Positions 25,640 through 37,200 of a DNA stretch of 64,000 nt are shown here, piece after piece. The position numbers and the translations under genes were made by a program. How positions within the stretch are numbered: the first letter of the stretch is position 1; each line of letters begins with the position of its first letter. Below the pieces are notes generated by a model. That model did not search any database and had not been told where the DNA came from. It worked only from the letters and a program-made list of their open reading frames with translations. Source of the stretch: Rhina ancylostomus (taxonomy: Eukaryota); the NCBI GenBank assembly GCA_030265395.1, contig JARFYF010000017.1, forward strand, positions 43,556,465-43,620,464. Reading direction: 5' to 3'.

Positions 25640-26345
25640 CAGTTAAAGAAATAAGTGGACAACATACAAAAAATATATTGAGGGATTTCAGCTATTCTTA
25701 AATTAACTAGCCAGGAAAAGTGGGTAAAGGGGAAGTTCTGATAGTTTGTACAAAATTCCTTGCTAACTTTTGTTAAAAAAAAACATCAAATGAGGATTTA
25801 ACTGGATTTGGTAATGAGGACTGAACTGAGCAAATAGAATAATTAAAAGTAGAGGAACATTTAGGCAATACTGGTCATATCATAATAGCTTAAATAATTG
25901 AGAAGGACATGAGCGTTGATCAGAGAAGGGTATAGGTTGCAGAAAGGCCAATTTTGAGGGGCTGAAAATAGTTGGGAAAGTAAATTATTGACAAAGATGT
26001 AGGCCAGGTTTGGGAAAAGTTATAACTTGTTAAAGAAAATGAATACTGCTAAACAACAAGAACAATCTAAACTGAGACAGCATGGATGAGTAAAGACATG
26101 AGGATTAAAAAAGAGACAATTTCTAACTAATTGGTCAGCAAGAGCGAGCTCGATAAGAGAAAATACAGTGAATAGGAGAGAAGTCAATAAAACAATCAGG
26201 ATATTTTAAATGAATAAGGAAAAGTAAATAAACAGTAAGAACAGGCACATTTTTTTAAAAAAGGAGAGCTGGAATGGGATGAGTCTTTAAGAAATGGATA
26301 GGATACAGTCACAAGCAGTTTTAGTATAAAGGCAGAAGTAGTTTT
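25640..26345 (+). mobile_element. Decayed CR1 endonuclease-region fragment
   Basis: 'GDFSYS.IN', 'LDLVMRTE' and 'VEEHLGNTGHII' resemble CR1 APE motifs. Confidence 0.6.
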
Positions 26346-26469
26346 TAAAAAATTATTTTGCTTCACCTAGACTTTTTCATTATTGATGGTGATGATGGCA
26401 GGTTGGTGTGGGGAGCTTTGGGACATCTTTGTTTACATGTGTTTCTTATTGAAGACAGCCTTCTTTTTA

Positions 26470-26905
26470 CTAAGAAAGAAAGAACTTGCATTTCCAAAGC
26501 CTCTTTCATGACATCAGGACATCCTGAAGTTTTACAATTAGTGAAGTCACTGTTGTTAAGTTCTGGAGAGCAAACTTCTACAAATGGCAGCAAAAGTCAT
26601 GACCAGTTGCTGCCTTTTGGCCGGGAGATAAATAAATATCAAAAGAACAGAGAAAAATTCTCTGCCCTTCCTTCTCAAAAGTGTAATGGAATTATTCTAT
26701 GTCCAAGTGGATATCCTTCAGTGGATATATTTCAGTTGGAATCCTGGTGTAATGAATAATCCAAATGGCTCTACCCGAACAGAATAGCACTCCATCAGTT
26801 ACCCAATTGTACTGTTAACGCAGATCATCACTGCATCCTTTGGAGTGGGACTTTAACCCACAGCCTTTTAAATCGGGGCATAAGGGCTATTAACTGGGCT
26901 AATGC
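26470..26905 (-). mobile_element. Deu-domain SINE, near full length, decayed
   Basis: Tail aagaacttgcatt...acatcctgaagttttacaa, core ttctctgcccttc...gcactccatcagt, head ggagtgggactttaacccacagcctt. Confidence 0.65.
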
Positions 26906-27189
26906 TTCTACATCTAACATGCTTTAGTTCTGTCACATCTTGCTTGAAGCCATTGACTTATTAATGAAAATTGTGTGGATGTCATTACTGTAACTGGCAA
27001 ATTTATTGATCTTGTGTGCTGTCATGAACCAATTTTCCTCGAGGTCTTCAGTGATTCAGAGAACTGATTTATTTTCCCTAGTAAAGGCTTCTTGATTTTT
27101 GATGAATTTCTTCAAAATAAACAATTGTTTGAAAGTTATGGTGATCCTTGCTTTGTTTTGCTTTACCTGATATCTGCTAGCAATATATC

Positions 27190-27455
27190 AAAGGTATGGT
27201 AGCAAAGTGGTTAAGGTATAGGGGAGATTAATGAACCAGCGATATGTTTGAATCTCACTAGGAAAATAGGGGAGCATTAAATACAAATCTGAAATTTAAA
27301 AACAAAGTAGCAGTAATCATTTGGTCAATCCCTTTAGGGAAGGAAGTCTGTTGGCCTTAACTGATCTGACTTGTATGTGACTCTGTAATGGCCTGGTATG
27401 ATACTCAATTCAAGGATAAAAAGGGATAATCAATAATGTTGGCCTTATCCACAAC
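27190..27455 (+). mobile_element. tRNA-derived SINE (same family as 32925 and 50600)
   Basis: tttgaatctcac (B-box-like)...ccctttagggaaggaagtctg...gtatgtgactct...aataatgttggcctt. Confidence 0.6.
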
Positions 27456-27554
27456 TTGCTTCCAATTTAATCTTCCTTTTGAGATATCTCTACGTTTCAG
27501 CAAAGCTGGCTTGAGATCCTAGAGTATGCACTATGACTCTATTTAGGATATATA

Positions 27555-29647
27555 GTGTTGGGATATCAATAGGGAACGTCACCTGCTCAGTCAAGGCTTG
27601 GATAGACATGTTCTTTGTGTCCAAAGCATTCATGGTCAGATTCACCAATGACATGCCAGTGTTGTGTGTTGTTCTCTCACCATTGCCTCCTTCTTGCTAA
27701 CTTTTGCCTTCAGGAAGACTGAAGGGCTAGCAGCAGCACGTGGAAGCTGAATGTCTAACTACTGACCCCAGAAAATATTGAGCTGAAGGAGGATTACACA
27801 GACTGGAGAACAGTGAAGCTGCTCTTTGACTCTCCAGTATACTGGTGCGAAGCAATCAAAGGGAATATCAAGAGGTTCTTTATCCTCAGAGGATTTCAGA
27901 AAACAAGATGAGTCCATTCCAGAAAAGCGTTGCAGAATCTGCTGCAGCTGCAGTCAATGGGAGTGGACATGGAGCAGGAACTCCAAGAAGAGCTAGCACC
28001 CTCGCTCTTTGCCTCAGAGTTGTCCAAACTCATTATCTGATCCAAAGTCTGCTCAATGGAGCAGGATTAGATGTGTTCACCTTACTTCTTTGGAAAAGCT
28101 TACAGAGAGGACAGCTCATTAACAACCTCACAGCTGGACATATTGAGGGCATGCAAATCCTACTTCCTGTCCTCTATCTCAGAGGTTTTAGATGACAATC
28201 TGGACCAGCCACTGACTCTGAAGGAGCTGACAAGTTCCATCCATTCCTTTGACACAAATAAAAGTCTTGGAAGTGACAGCTTACCGGCTGAGTTGTACTT
28301 TGGCTCTGTGGGTCTGGATGGGCTGAGACCTGCTGGAAGTGTACAGTACTGTGCTTCCAGCTGGTGCCATGTCAGGATCCATGAGGAAGAGCATCATCAC
28401 CCTCATCTACAAGCAGAAGAGGGAGGATATAAGAAATTAGTGACCCATTTCACTGTTGAATGCCAACCAAGTCAAGTCTGCTCTAGGGCAGGTGATTCAC
28501 CCAGGCTAAACCTGTGCTATACCTGGCAAGAAATATCTACCAGCTTTGCACTGCTCAGAGATACCACTGCCTTTGCACTAGACAGGAGATGGACACATGA
28601 CTGGTCAAGCTTCAACCAGGAGAAGGCCTTTGGAAGAATATCACACATGAACATAATGGATATGCTCTCAAAATGGGCTTTGGGGAAGGAAATCAGGATT
28701 TGGATGTGACTGCAGCTTTCCCATCAAATCTGGAGCAAGGTAAGGCTGCCCACTCTCCTTTGTCGTGTTTGCACATTATATCGAGCCTTTTGCCAAATCC
28801 ATCAGGATGGACAGAGGCATAAGAGGGGTGACCAACACCAGACAGCAGTGGCACAGATTAAAGTCTCCCAGTACATGGATGACATTGCAGCCTTCTGCTC
28901 AACCTATGTTCACTCCGCAGATTAAACTGGCCTTGATGGAGATCTGGCCACCTGAAGGTGCTGGGTAACTGTTTTGGAGGAGCCAGAATGTGTGGAAAGA
29001 ATTGGCTGCACGAGTGGCTGAGATGAAACAGAAATTGGGAATGTGGGGGCAACACACCATCTCAAAACCAAGCATGAACCTGGTCATCATGTGTTATATG
29101 CTCTCAGTGTTGTTACACATAGTGAAGGTTTGGTCTACATTCCCACTCCTGCAGTCACCTAAGCCATCTTTTGTTTCATTTGGAGATCCATTTGGTTGTG
29201 ATGTACCAGTTTCTAGTGGAAGGGGAAAAGTATATCCAACAAAGCCTTCATCCTGATGGCTTTGTGTATGGCTATAACAAGCTGTGTGTAGGGCCCAAGT
29301 ATGCAAGCACCAAATGTCACTGCATGCTGTCCACAGTGGTAGGAAGGATGAGCCTGATCTGGTTGCTGTGCATTGTTCCATTCAGGACCTGGTTGCATAA
29401 CCTGTCCTTTATGGGAAAAGTTTTTGCAGAAAATTGCCTTTGACTATCAGGTAGTGGTTACCACAGATTGTCCTGGAGACCCTACAATATAAGGAGATGG
29501 TGGATCCTGTGAGATGGTTCCCCGAGCAATCTGTCAAAGTCATTTGGCAGAAAAGCTCATCACCAGAGCCCAAACAAGCATCAAGATCTTGCTTGCCTGG
29601 CAGTGAGAGGAGCTCTACCCATCAGATCCTCATGCACATTCAGGGTC
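27555..29647 (+). mobile_element. Tx1-like (L1 clade) LINE ORF2, decayed
   Basis: 'IDMFFVSK', 'TWKLNV', 'LTLKELTSSIHSFDTNKSLGSDSLPAELY', 'NQEKAFGRISH' and catalytic 'YMDD' (tacatggatgac, ~28872) occur in the expected order, with many frameshifts. Confidence 0.88.
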
Positions 29648-29948
29648 NNNNNNNNNNNNNNNNNNNNNNNNNNNNNNNNNNNNNNNNNNNNNNNNNNNNN
29701 NNNNNNNNNNNNNNNNNNNNNNNNNNNNNNNNNNNNNNNNNNNNNNNNNNNNNNNNNNNNNNNNNNNNNNNNNNNNNNNNNGGATTGAGACCCTGAATGT
29801 GCATGAGGATCTGATGGGTAGAGCTCCTCTCACTGCCAGGCAAGCAAGATCTTGATGCTTGTTTGAGCTCTGGTGATGAGCTTTTCTGCCAAATGAATTT
29901 GACAGATTGCTCGGGGAACCATCTCACAGGATCCACCATCTCTTTATA
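29488..29948. repeat. Near-perfect inverted duplication with 160 bp arms flanking an N gap
   Basis: 29488-29647 versus the reverse complement of 29789-29948: 3 mismatches by manual alignment. Confidence 0.92.
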
Positions 29949-31709
29949 GTAAATCCTCCTGTATTCTTAAAATTGAACGATTTTTCTGAACACATTCTAC
30001 TGTGTTTAAAAATAAGGCATGATGGTAATCTAGCTTCACTTAGTTTTTGTTTTTTAAATATTTAAATTGAAATTAAACTTGGGGATATCTGAAGAACAGA
30101 TATGTTTTGTAGTTTGATTGCCTGCGCATAAGAAGGGACACAATCTATATAGATCATGAAACTGCTGATTACTGTTGTAGAAGTTGTAATCATCTTCCAC
30201 AATTCTCCATATCACATTCTGTGCATTACTGTCTAGCATCTGCTTGTGTCTAAGATTCAGAATTCTTCCATATATCACTTCCTAACAACCTACTGCTTGT
30301 GTGTATTGCTCTGTGGAACAAGTAGTGGTACTGTATGCTCTGGAGCCGGTGTATATCACTCTCCAGCATCAGTTTGTATCACTTATAAGCACACTTGAAA
30401 AGATATTAGAGAGGAAGGCAGAGGGCTCCAAATTGGGATCAACAATCTAGGAAAGGATAGGCAAGAGAGTACAAAATGCTTGGAGCGAAGGAACAGGACC
30501 TCAGGGATTAAAATCTCTGGATCATTACGTGAACCAGGTACAAACTGTGTAAAAAAAATACACCAAATGGGGAGGAAAGGTGAACATTTGCATGTTTGCA
30601 TGTCTGGGGGCTGGGAATGGGTTGTGACAGTGGGATAGCCAAGTGGGAGATCAGAGACACTGGGATTGACCAAGGTGGAGGCCTGAGACCCAAGCAACAG
30701 GAGTGGGCCAGACAATCTAGCCCAATGTGGTCATGATCTGATATTGTGAATCCTACAATATCCCAGTCTTTACCATGAGTACCAAGAGAGATGGAGAAAA
30801 AAATTACAGGTCAACTGTGATCTCATTGGTTGACAAAACTAGTTTGAGCTCTTCATGTTCCCATGTATAACTCTCAGGAATCTGTCTGTTTGATTTCCAC
30901 AGCTCATGCACCAAACACTAATTTGAGTATAATTATCCAGCATTTCTGTTTTTATCTGTTCTACCTTTGAGTATCATGCTCCCAACACTTGTGAGTGTGT
31001 TACTCTCTGGCACCTATATTTGTCATTCTTTGGTTACTGTTCTTGTGTGTATTACGCTCCAGAGACTGAATGCATTACTTTTAAATGTACCTTTCACTTT
31101 CTATCTAAATCACCTGTGGTTATCACTTTCTAGAGTCTAATGTAATGAACTCTGGAGCCTGCATATCATTCTTTTCTGTATGTACCACTCATTAATGCTT
31201 ATTTGTACCTGTATTTACATCCTAATTGTGCTGTCCTGGAACCCGTGTGTCGTACTCTCTTACATTTGTTGCTCTATAGTACATATGCATGCAACTCCAA
31301 AGCATCTGTATGTTTTACACACCAGACATTAATAATTTTGCAATGAATGGCAAGGATATGTTAATCTCTCCTGTTAAATATTTAGTTGATTTTGGCATTA
31401 GAAAAATAAATAACTTGAAATATTATATGGTAATGAGTATAACTTGGATAAATATGATTTGGATCATGTTCCAAATGCTTTCTCACACTGGATTTCCTTC
31501 CTTCATTTCTGGGTCTAGTATAGATCAAGCAGTGAAGATTGACCGCTATGATGAGTTGACAACTCTATGCTTCTGTGAAGCAACTACAAAGCTGACAGAA
31601 GAAGACCTTTTCCCTGGAAGTTTCCCACATTCCTGTGGATTGCATATGAAAAGCAATTTATATTGGATCTGTCAACATCTCTTTGTGCTTACACGTCTTT
31701 AAAGCACCC

Positions 31710-32034
31710 TGAAACTTCAGTATTCACCACTTCAATATTACAATAATGGAGTTGGTAGCTCTGAAATTCTGTTGTTCCGGTAGACTTCTACTATAACTCA
31801 GACGGGATTTTGGTGAATACCTCAAAGAAATTATTTATGTGGGACACCTGTGGTCACTTCAGAGCAGTGCGATTAATACACACTTGAATGGCTTCTTTGG
31901 GATTTCCACCAGAACCCTTTCTGAGTAAAAGCAGAAGTACAATGGAACAGCAGAATTTCAAGGCTACCAACTACACCTGCTTTACTGTAATAATGAAGTG
32001 GGCGTATAAATGAATACTGGCATTAAAGGTTTCA
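31710..32034. repeat. Old imperfect palindrome (MITE-like hairpin)
   Basis: agttggtagctctgaaattctgttgttcc...caaagaa pairs with ttctttg...ggaacagcagaatttcaaggctaccaact. The outer cagtattca/ccacttca pair with tgaagtgg/tgaatactg. Confidence 0.85.
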
Positions 32035-32209
32035 TGGTAGATAGCATCAGATTGCAGAGAATTTTAATGTCACTATCTAAACACAACAGGTAGAGGTGGG
32101 TGTAGAAAATTTGAAATATCTGAATATTAGAGTATATTTAGTTTTGTGTGGTCCTGCATGGTGTTTATTATGGATCATGGTATGGATAATCTGTACATCA
32201 AAATAATTC

Positions 32210-32910
32210 TAGAAGAGCCAGGCCATTTAGCCCATCTTAATTTACCCATCTAAAGATATCCCACTGTTTTCTTATTGCAGCATTCAATTGCTTTCTAAAT
32301 AATTCAGTTATTTTTGCCTCTATCATTTCATCTGTAAGTTTCTGACGCACATCAATAACTCTTTGTGTACAAGAATCTTCTGCAGAAGATATCAATTCTA
32401 CACTTCATTTAAATAGTTTAAAGTTATATCCACCAGTTGCGCTCCTTAACAACCTTGTGCCCCTTTATGAGGTCATCTTGTCTTCAAACTGAAAACCACG
32501 AGTTCTCTGTCCCTGTTAATCTTATTAACTATATCTCGTGATAGATATCAGTAATTTCCCCACAATTAGTATTAATATAAGCTATAACAATTTTTTTTCT
32601 GCCCCATACATGTTACCAATCCAAAGAAACAATTTTTGGATCTGGAGAGGTTTGAAGATCTTTAAAAGCAGTTTCTTAACCTATTTCTTTTAATGTCCTG
32701 ACCATTTTCATTTGTCCATCTTAAATTCCACTGTTTTCTCATTACCATTTTAAATAACATATTAAATATGTATATCTATGTGTTGTCCATCTATGTTGAT
32801 TGTACGTCCAAACTTATTATTTGCCAACATGGATATACAATTCTCTATTCTTTCATCCGCGTCATTAATGTTTACAATGAGAAGTTAAGGCTTCACTATA
32901 GACCCCTGTA
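32210..32910 (-). mobile_element. Highly decayed CR1 LINE fragment
   Basis: Tail-like ggccatttagcccatc at the start, and tcattaatgtttacaatgagaag...gacccctgtagaatact (reverse of the 'PQGS.L' RT motif) at the end. Confidence 0.55.
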
Positions 32911-32924
32911 GAATACTATGCGTT

Positions 32925-33240
32925 GGGGGTAAATTAGTGGAGCAGTGGTTAAATTGCCAGGTAATCCAGAAGTCTGGCCTGAATTCAAATCTCACTATGA
33001 CGGCTGTGGAATTAATTCAGTTATTAATCTGGATTCTTTAAAAAAATGTTTAATAATAATGATTGCACTGGATTGTTATAAAACCGCATCTGGTTCACTG
33101 CCGTCCTTCACGGCAGGAAATCTGCTATTCTTACCTATCTATGAATCCAGATTTGCCAATGTGTTTGACTCTTAAGTGCCTGCTGTTCAAAGAGGATGGG
33201 CAGTAAATGCCTGCTTTGCCATAACAATGAGTAAATAGAA
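32925..33240 (+). mobile_element. tRNA-derived SINE with a LINE-like 3' tail
   Basis: A/B-box-like head (gtggagcagtggtt...aattcaaatctcac), body aaaccgcatctggttcact...ggaaatctgc, tail ggatgggcagtaaatgcctgctttgcc. Confidence 0.75.
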
Positions 33241-33519
33241 AGAGTTTACCCAGAACAGAACGAGCCTATAACCTTAGTTACTGTTACATAAGGCAGCCCT
33301 CAGGCGCACTCCAGATAATCAATGTCATTACTTTACATGGACTGCAAGCGAGACTGATGGATCTGTTTTTGTCACACTTGTTTCTGAGCGTAGCAGGCAT
33401 ACCAGTAGTTTGGAAGCAAACTCATAAATATCTCCTTGTTGTCCCTTAACTCTCAGAATGAGTGGCAGTCACTGGCGTGTCTGATCGTTCCTGAATCCTG
33501 TAAGTAGGGATGCTGGGTC

Positions 33520-34330
33520 TCTATTGGAGACTGGCGAGGAAGCATCACCGGTAGTGATGCTGTAAGACCGAGTGGCTGCTTGCCTGGCTGCGAGTATCCT
33601 GGGTCACTGACGCAGGGTGATCACTCGGGCGAGTGACCAACCACTGCCGGGGGACCTCCCGCTCTCCCCCTATTTCTCGAGTGTCCCCAGGAGCGTGGGG
33701 CAGAGCCGAACCGCGCGGGCGAGGACAGGCGCGACCCCGAACCGGGACAAGTCGGGCCGAAGTGAGCGGAAGTTCCCGCAGGGCTGAGGTAGACGCGGGA
33801 GAGTTGGGGTTCTGTGGACGGGGTTGGGCATTAATCGGTTAATTGTTGCAGATTCATTAAATTTATCTGTTGAGTTCTATGGCAGGTAATCCTCAGCATT
33901 TCGAGAACTTTGGGTTCAAACCTTCAGTTTTGGCATTTAGGGTCCGAAATCCCATTGCTTTTGAATCAGTTCTTTGAGAAATGATCGAATGTATCAGGTT
34001 GAAGGCGGCAGAGGTGTAATTGTGTGTGCGAGTGTTTAGAAGATTTGCAAAGGTCTTGCCTCAGGTGTAAGGGCGGTATAACTGCAGTCCAAATGCCACG
34101 TCCAGTCGGAGCCTCGGTTGCTTGCGGCCTGTCCGGTCCCATGGTACGGGGCAGTTGGGCATTGCCCCCCACTCCCCCCTCCTCGTGGATGGGCCGCGGG
34201 GATGTGGCTGTGGGTGGAAAACAGGATTGGAGTCAACAGTGTGGTTTCACACGTTTTCTCCGTGATAGGTAGCTTTACTGAACATCTCTAACGTTGACAA
34301 AGAAAGGGAGCTCGTGTAGTCGTAAATAAC
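33520..34330 (+). promoter_or_regulatory. CpG island; probable NDRG4 promoter and first exon
   Basis: The only strongly GC- and CpG-rich segment in an AT-rich window. It carries an ETS-type motif (gagcggaagt, ~33764-33773), a half-CRE (tgacgca, ~33609) and a donor CAG|gtaatc at 33885/33886. The NDRG4 exon at 50265 begins with an acceptor, so an upstream exon is required. Confidence 0.7.
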
Positions 34331-34559
34331 AGAAAATGCCAGGAGTGCTCTGAATATCAGCAGGGTATAGCTGTACTCCAGCAAGGAATCACCACTATAA
34401 GGTGAGGGGGAGGGGTGGAAATGATAGGGAAAACAATGGCACATTTGTTGTGATTCATTGTGTTTTGATTGGGGGAGGGGGGCATTTTGAAAAGACATCC
34501 AGAGTTTATTTTGCTGCAGTTACCTTGACTTTAAACACGTTAAAATTGTGCTGTCATTA

Positions 34560-35490
34560 GACAGTGACCCTTTTGTTATCAAGCAATACCTTTCACTTAT
34601 GGTAGATTTTCAGGAGCTGACACAGAAAGCAACAAACATTAATTTGTTGAGGGAAAGTTATGTATGGCTATTTGAACTCTATAAGGGAGGTAATGGAGCG
34701 GGCTGATCTTGTGTTATTCTGGGTGGTCAGGAGAAAGTTGTTAGAGAGCCCCATGTGATCGAATGATCAGAAAACTGAAAGTTCAAGGGGAAAATAGCAA
34801 GTTTTGATCATTGATCAACATTTTGAAAATCATGGAATTTTGCAGCCTCTGTGATAGGTCTCCTGCTTTTTGTGGTATATATCAATGACTTTCACCAATG
34901 CGCCAGTGGCAAAATTAAGAAGATTGCTGGTGTTTTTTTAAAGAAGTGTCTTTATCACTCACTATCAAAATTTAGTAATAAGGAAGAAAGTTGTGGTCTG
35001 GTGAGCAATCTGTAAAATGTGTGGTAATTCATTTGGGGATGTCAAACAAGGCACGAGCATAAAAAAATAACTAGTTGGATACTGAGAAGAGTAGATTTCT
35101 GAATGTAACGTGGTCGATAGAAACTGTGCTTAAGAAAGCACATGACATATGGAGTGCTTTCCTCTATTGGCTAAAGCACAGATGATAAGAGTGGAGTAAT
35201 ACCGAAACTGTATAAAACATTATTTAGACCACAGGTAGGGTATTCTCTGCAGTCCGATCACCACAATGTAGGACGGATGTGATAGCTACTTTGAGCTTCA
35301 GGGGAGAGTGACAAAAATGTTGTTAGTGCTCGTTATGAGGAATGGCTGACTAGGTAGATTTTGCTTTCTTGGGGAATAGAGGGAAAATTTAATCGCAGCA
35401 TATAAAATTATAAAGGAGTGACTAGGAAGCAGCTATTTTACCCTGGCAAATAGGTCAACAACTAAGACCATAGACTTATGGTAATGTGGA
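34560..35490 (+). mobile_element. Decayed CR1 LINE RT fragment
   Basis: ctgctttttgtggtatatatcaatgac (LLFVVYIND) and ctgtataaaacattatttagacc (LYKTL.RP). Confidence 0.75.
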
Positions 35491-35850
35491 AGGAGGAATA
35501 GGCCATTTAGTCCATCATGCTTGTTCCTTCATTCAGTAAGATTACAACTGATCATCTACCTCTACACTCTGCTTTTCTGCAGTAACTCATCTTATCTACC
35601 AGTCTCAAGCATGAATACGCTCAGCTGTTGAGCTTCTACAGACCTTTTGGGCGGAGAATAACAATGCTACCCTCTGGGTGGAGAGATTTCTATTTGTCTC
35701 TGAATGGACAGTTCCTTTATTTTGATACTGGTAAATTACATCCCAGGTAAAAGAAACCACAACTCTGCACCAACCACGTCAGGCCCTGTAAGAACTTTGT
35801 ACCTTTTAACAAGGTATTCTTTCATTCTTCTAAACTTGAATAGAAAAATA
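35490..35850 (-). mobile_element. CR1 LINE 3' end
   Basis: ggaggaataggccatttagtccatc... is homologous to the reverse CR1 end at 23665. Confidence 0.65.
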
Positions 35851-37069
35851 AGAATTGCGTTGAGAAACATCTTTGCGTCCAAATAATGCAGTAATTCTGG
35901 AACTGGCTGCATGAATGGGGTGGATTGAGGTTGGGACTGTCAACACTTTTTTTTAAACAAGTGCCTGGATGGGCTCATGATGTGCTGTGACCCACAAAGC
36001 CACAGGCTAAGATCTTAGAAAGTAGGTTTAGTCTCAATAGTTCTACTGCAGCCAATATGGACAAAATAGGTCAAAGGCTTCCTCTGTGCTGTAAATTTTT
36101 GTGATTTTTTTTAGGACCATTGCAGCACAAACTGGAAGTGATTTATACATGGAAAATGGTAGAAATACAAGCACGCTCTCTCCAGAAGTGTGACCATTTT
36201 TAAAAAATCTAATGAGCACATACAGGGGTTGATAGGATGCACGTAGCCTGTAAAAGTGGTTGAAACATGTATGTTAGGTCTGAAGCTGGAAGGGCAATAA
36301 TGAGGTAGGTGGTTAGATAGGAGTCTTAAATTCTTGATTCTATTTCTAATTCTTTGAGGATAGAAAGAAAAGTTGCTCAGAAGTGAGTGATAGTGGAGCT
36401 GAAATGCTTGCTTTGGCAAATGGGCACTGTAAGAAATAAACAAAGAACGATGGTATGATTTTTGTTTTTTCCTCTGGTTTTGCTTAAAAATTACAATTCT
36501 TGTTGAAGTTCCTTTTATAAATTGTGCTCTGAGGTGGGGTGAATGTGTAAATTTGACAATAGGGCAATTCAGCCATCTCCATTTGGATCAATTCAAATAG
36601 CACATAAGTGAGGAGGGAAGAAATGTATAACTATCAGAACATTTGAGTACTAATGTGCTCCAGTGAATGCTTAGTGTCAAGTGGAGCCTGAGGGGGCTGT
36701 GGCTGGAATAATGACAGTTTGGAGAGAGGAAGCAAAGCAATGTTGACAGATTCAACACAGAGTGCATGGAATGGAATTCCTTCAGAAATTGATAGCAAGT
36801 GCTGAAGGGAGGAATGAAGCCAGGGCAGGAGGGTGGAAGGGATGGCCTTGTGAAAACAAACCACTGAAAGAAAATGGTTCAGCATGTAGGACAGAGAAAC
36901 TCTCAAAAGTGAGGAAAAAAAACTTGAGCAGAGAACACAGGAAGGGAAAGTGAAATGGAGAGGGATTTGGTGACAAAGTTTACAGAATATTTAAATGAAA
37001 TGCTTGAATCTATATATTCTAATTGAATGTCACAGAGTTTTCAGCTGTGTCATCATCATGGCATGTTCT

Positions 37070-37200
37070 AATCCACATGAATGATAGAAAAATAGGGGGC
37101 TATGTGGGAAGGAAGGGTTGATAGCTCTTAGAGCAGGATAAAATGTCAGCACAACATTGTGGGCCAAAGGGCCTGTACTGTGCTGTAATGTTCTATGTTT
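37070..37200 (+). mobile_element. CR1 3' tail
   Basis: gcacaacattgtgggccaaagggcctgtactgtgctgtaatgttctatg; reverse-homologous to 46765-46890. Confidence 0.8.

Noticed and set aside
28071-28709. 212 aa ORF, the longest without Ns
   Set aside because: It is a frameshifted piece of the Tx1-like LINE ORF2, not a host gene or an intact element.
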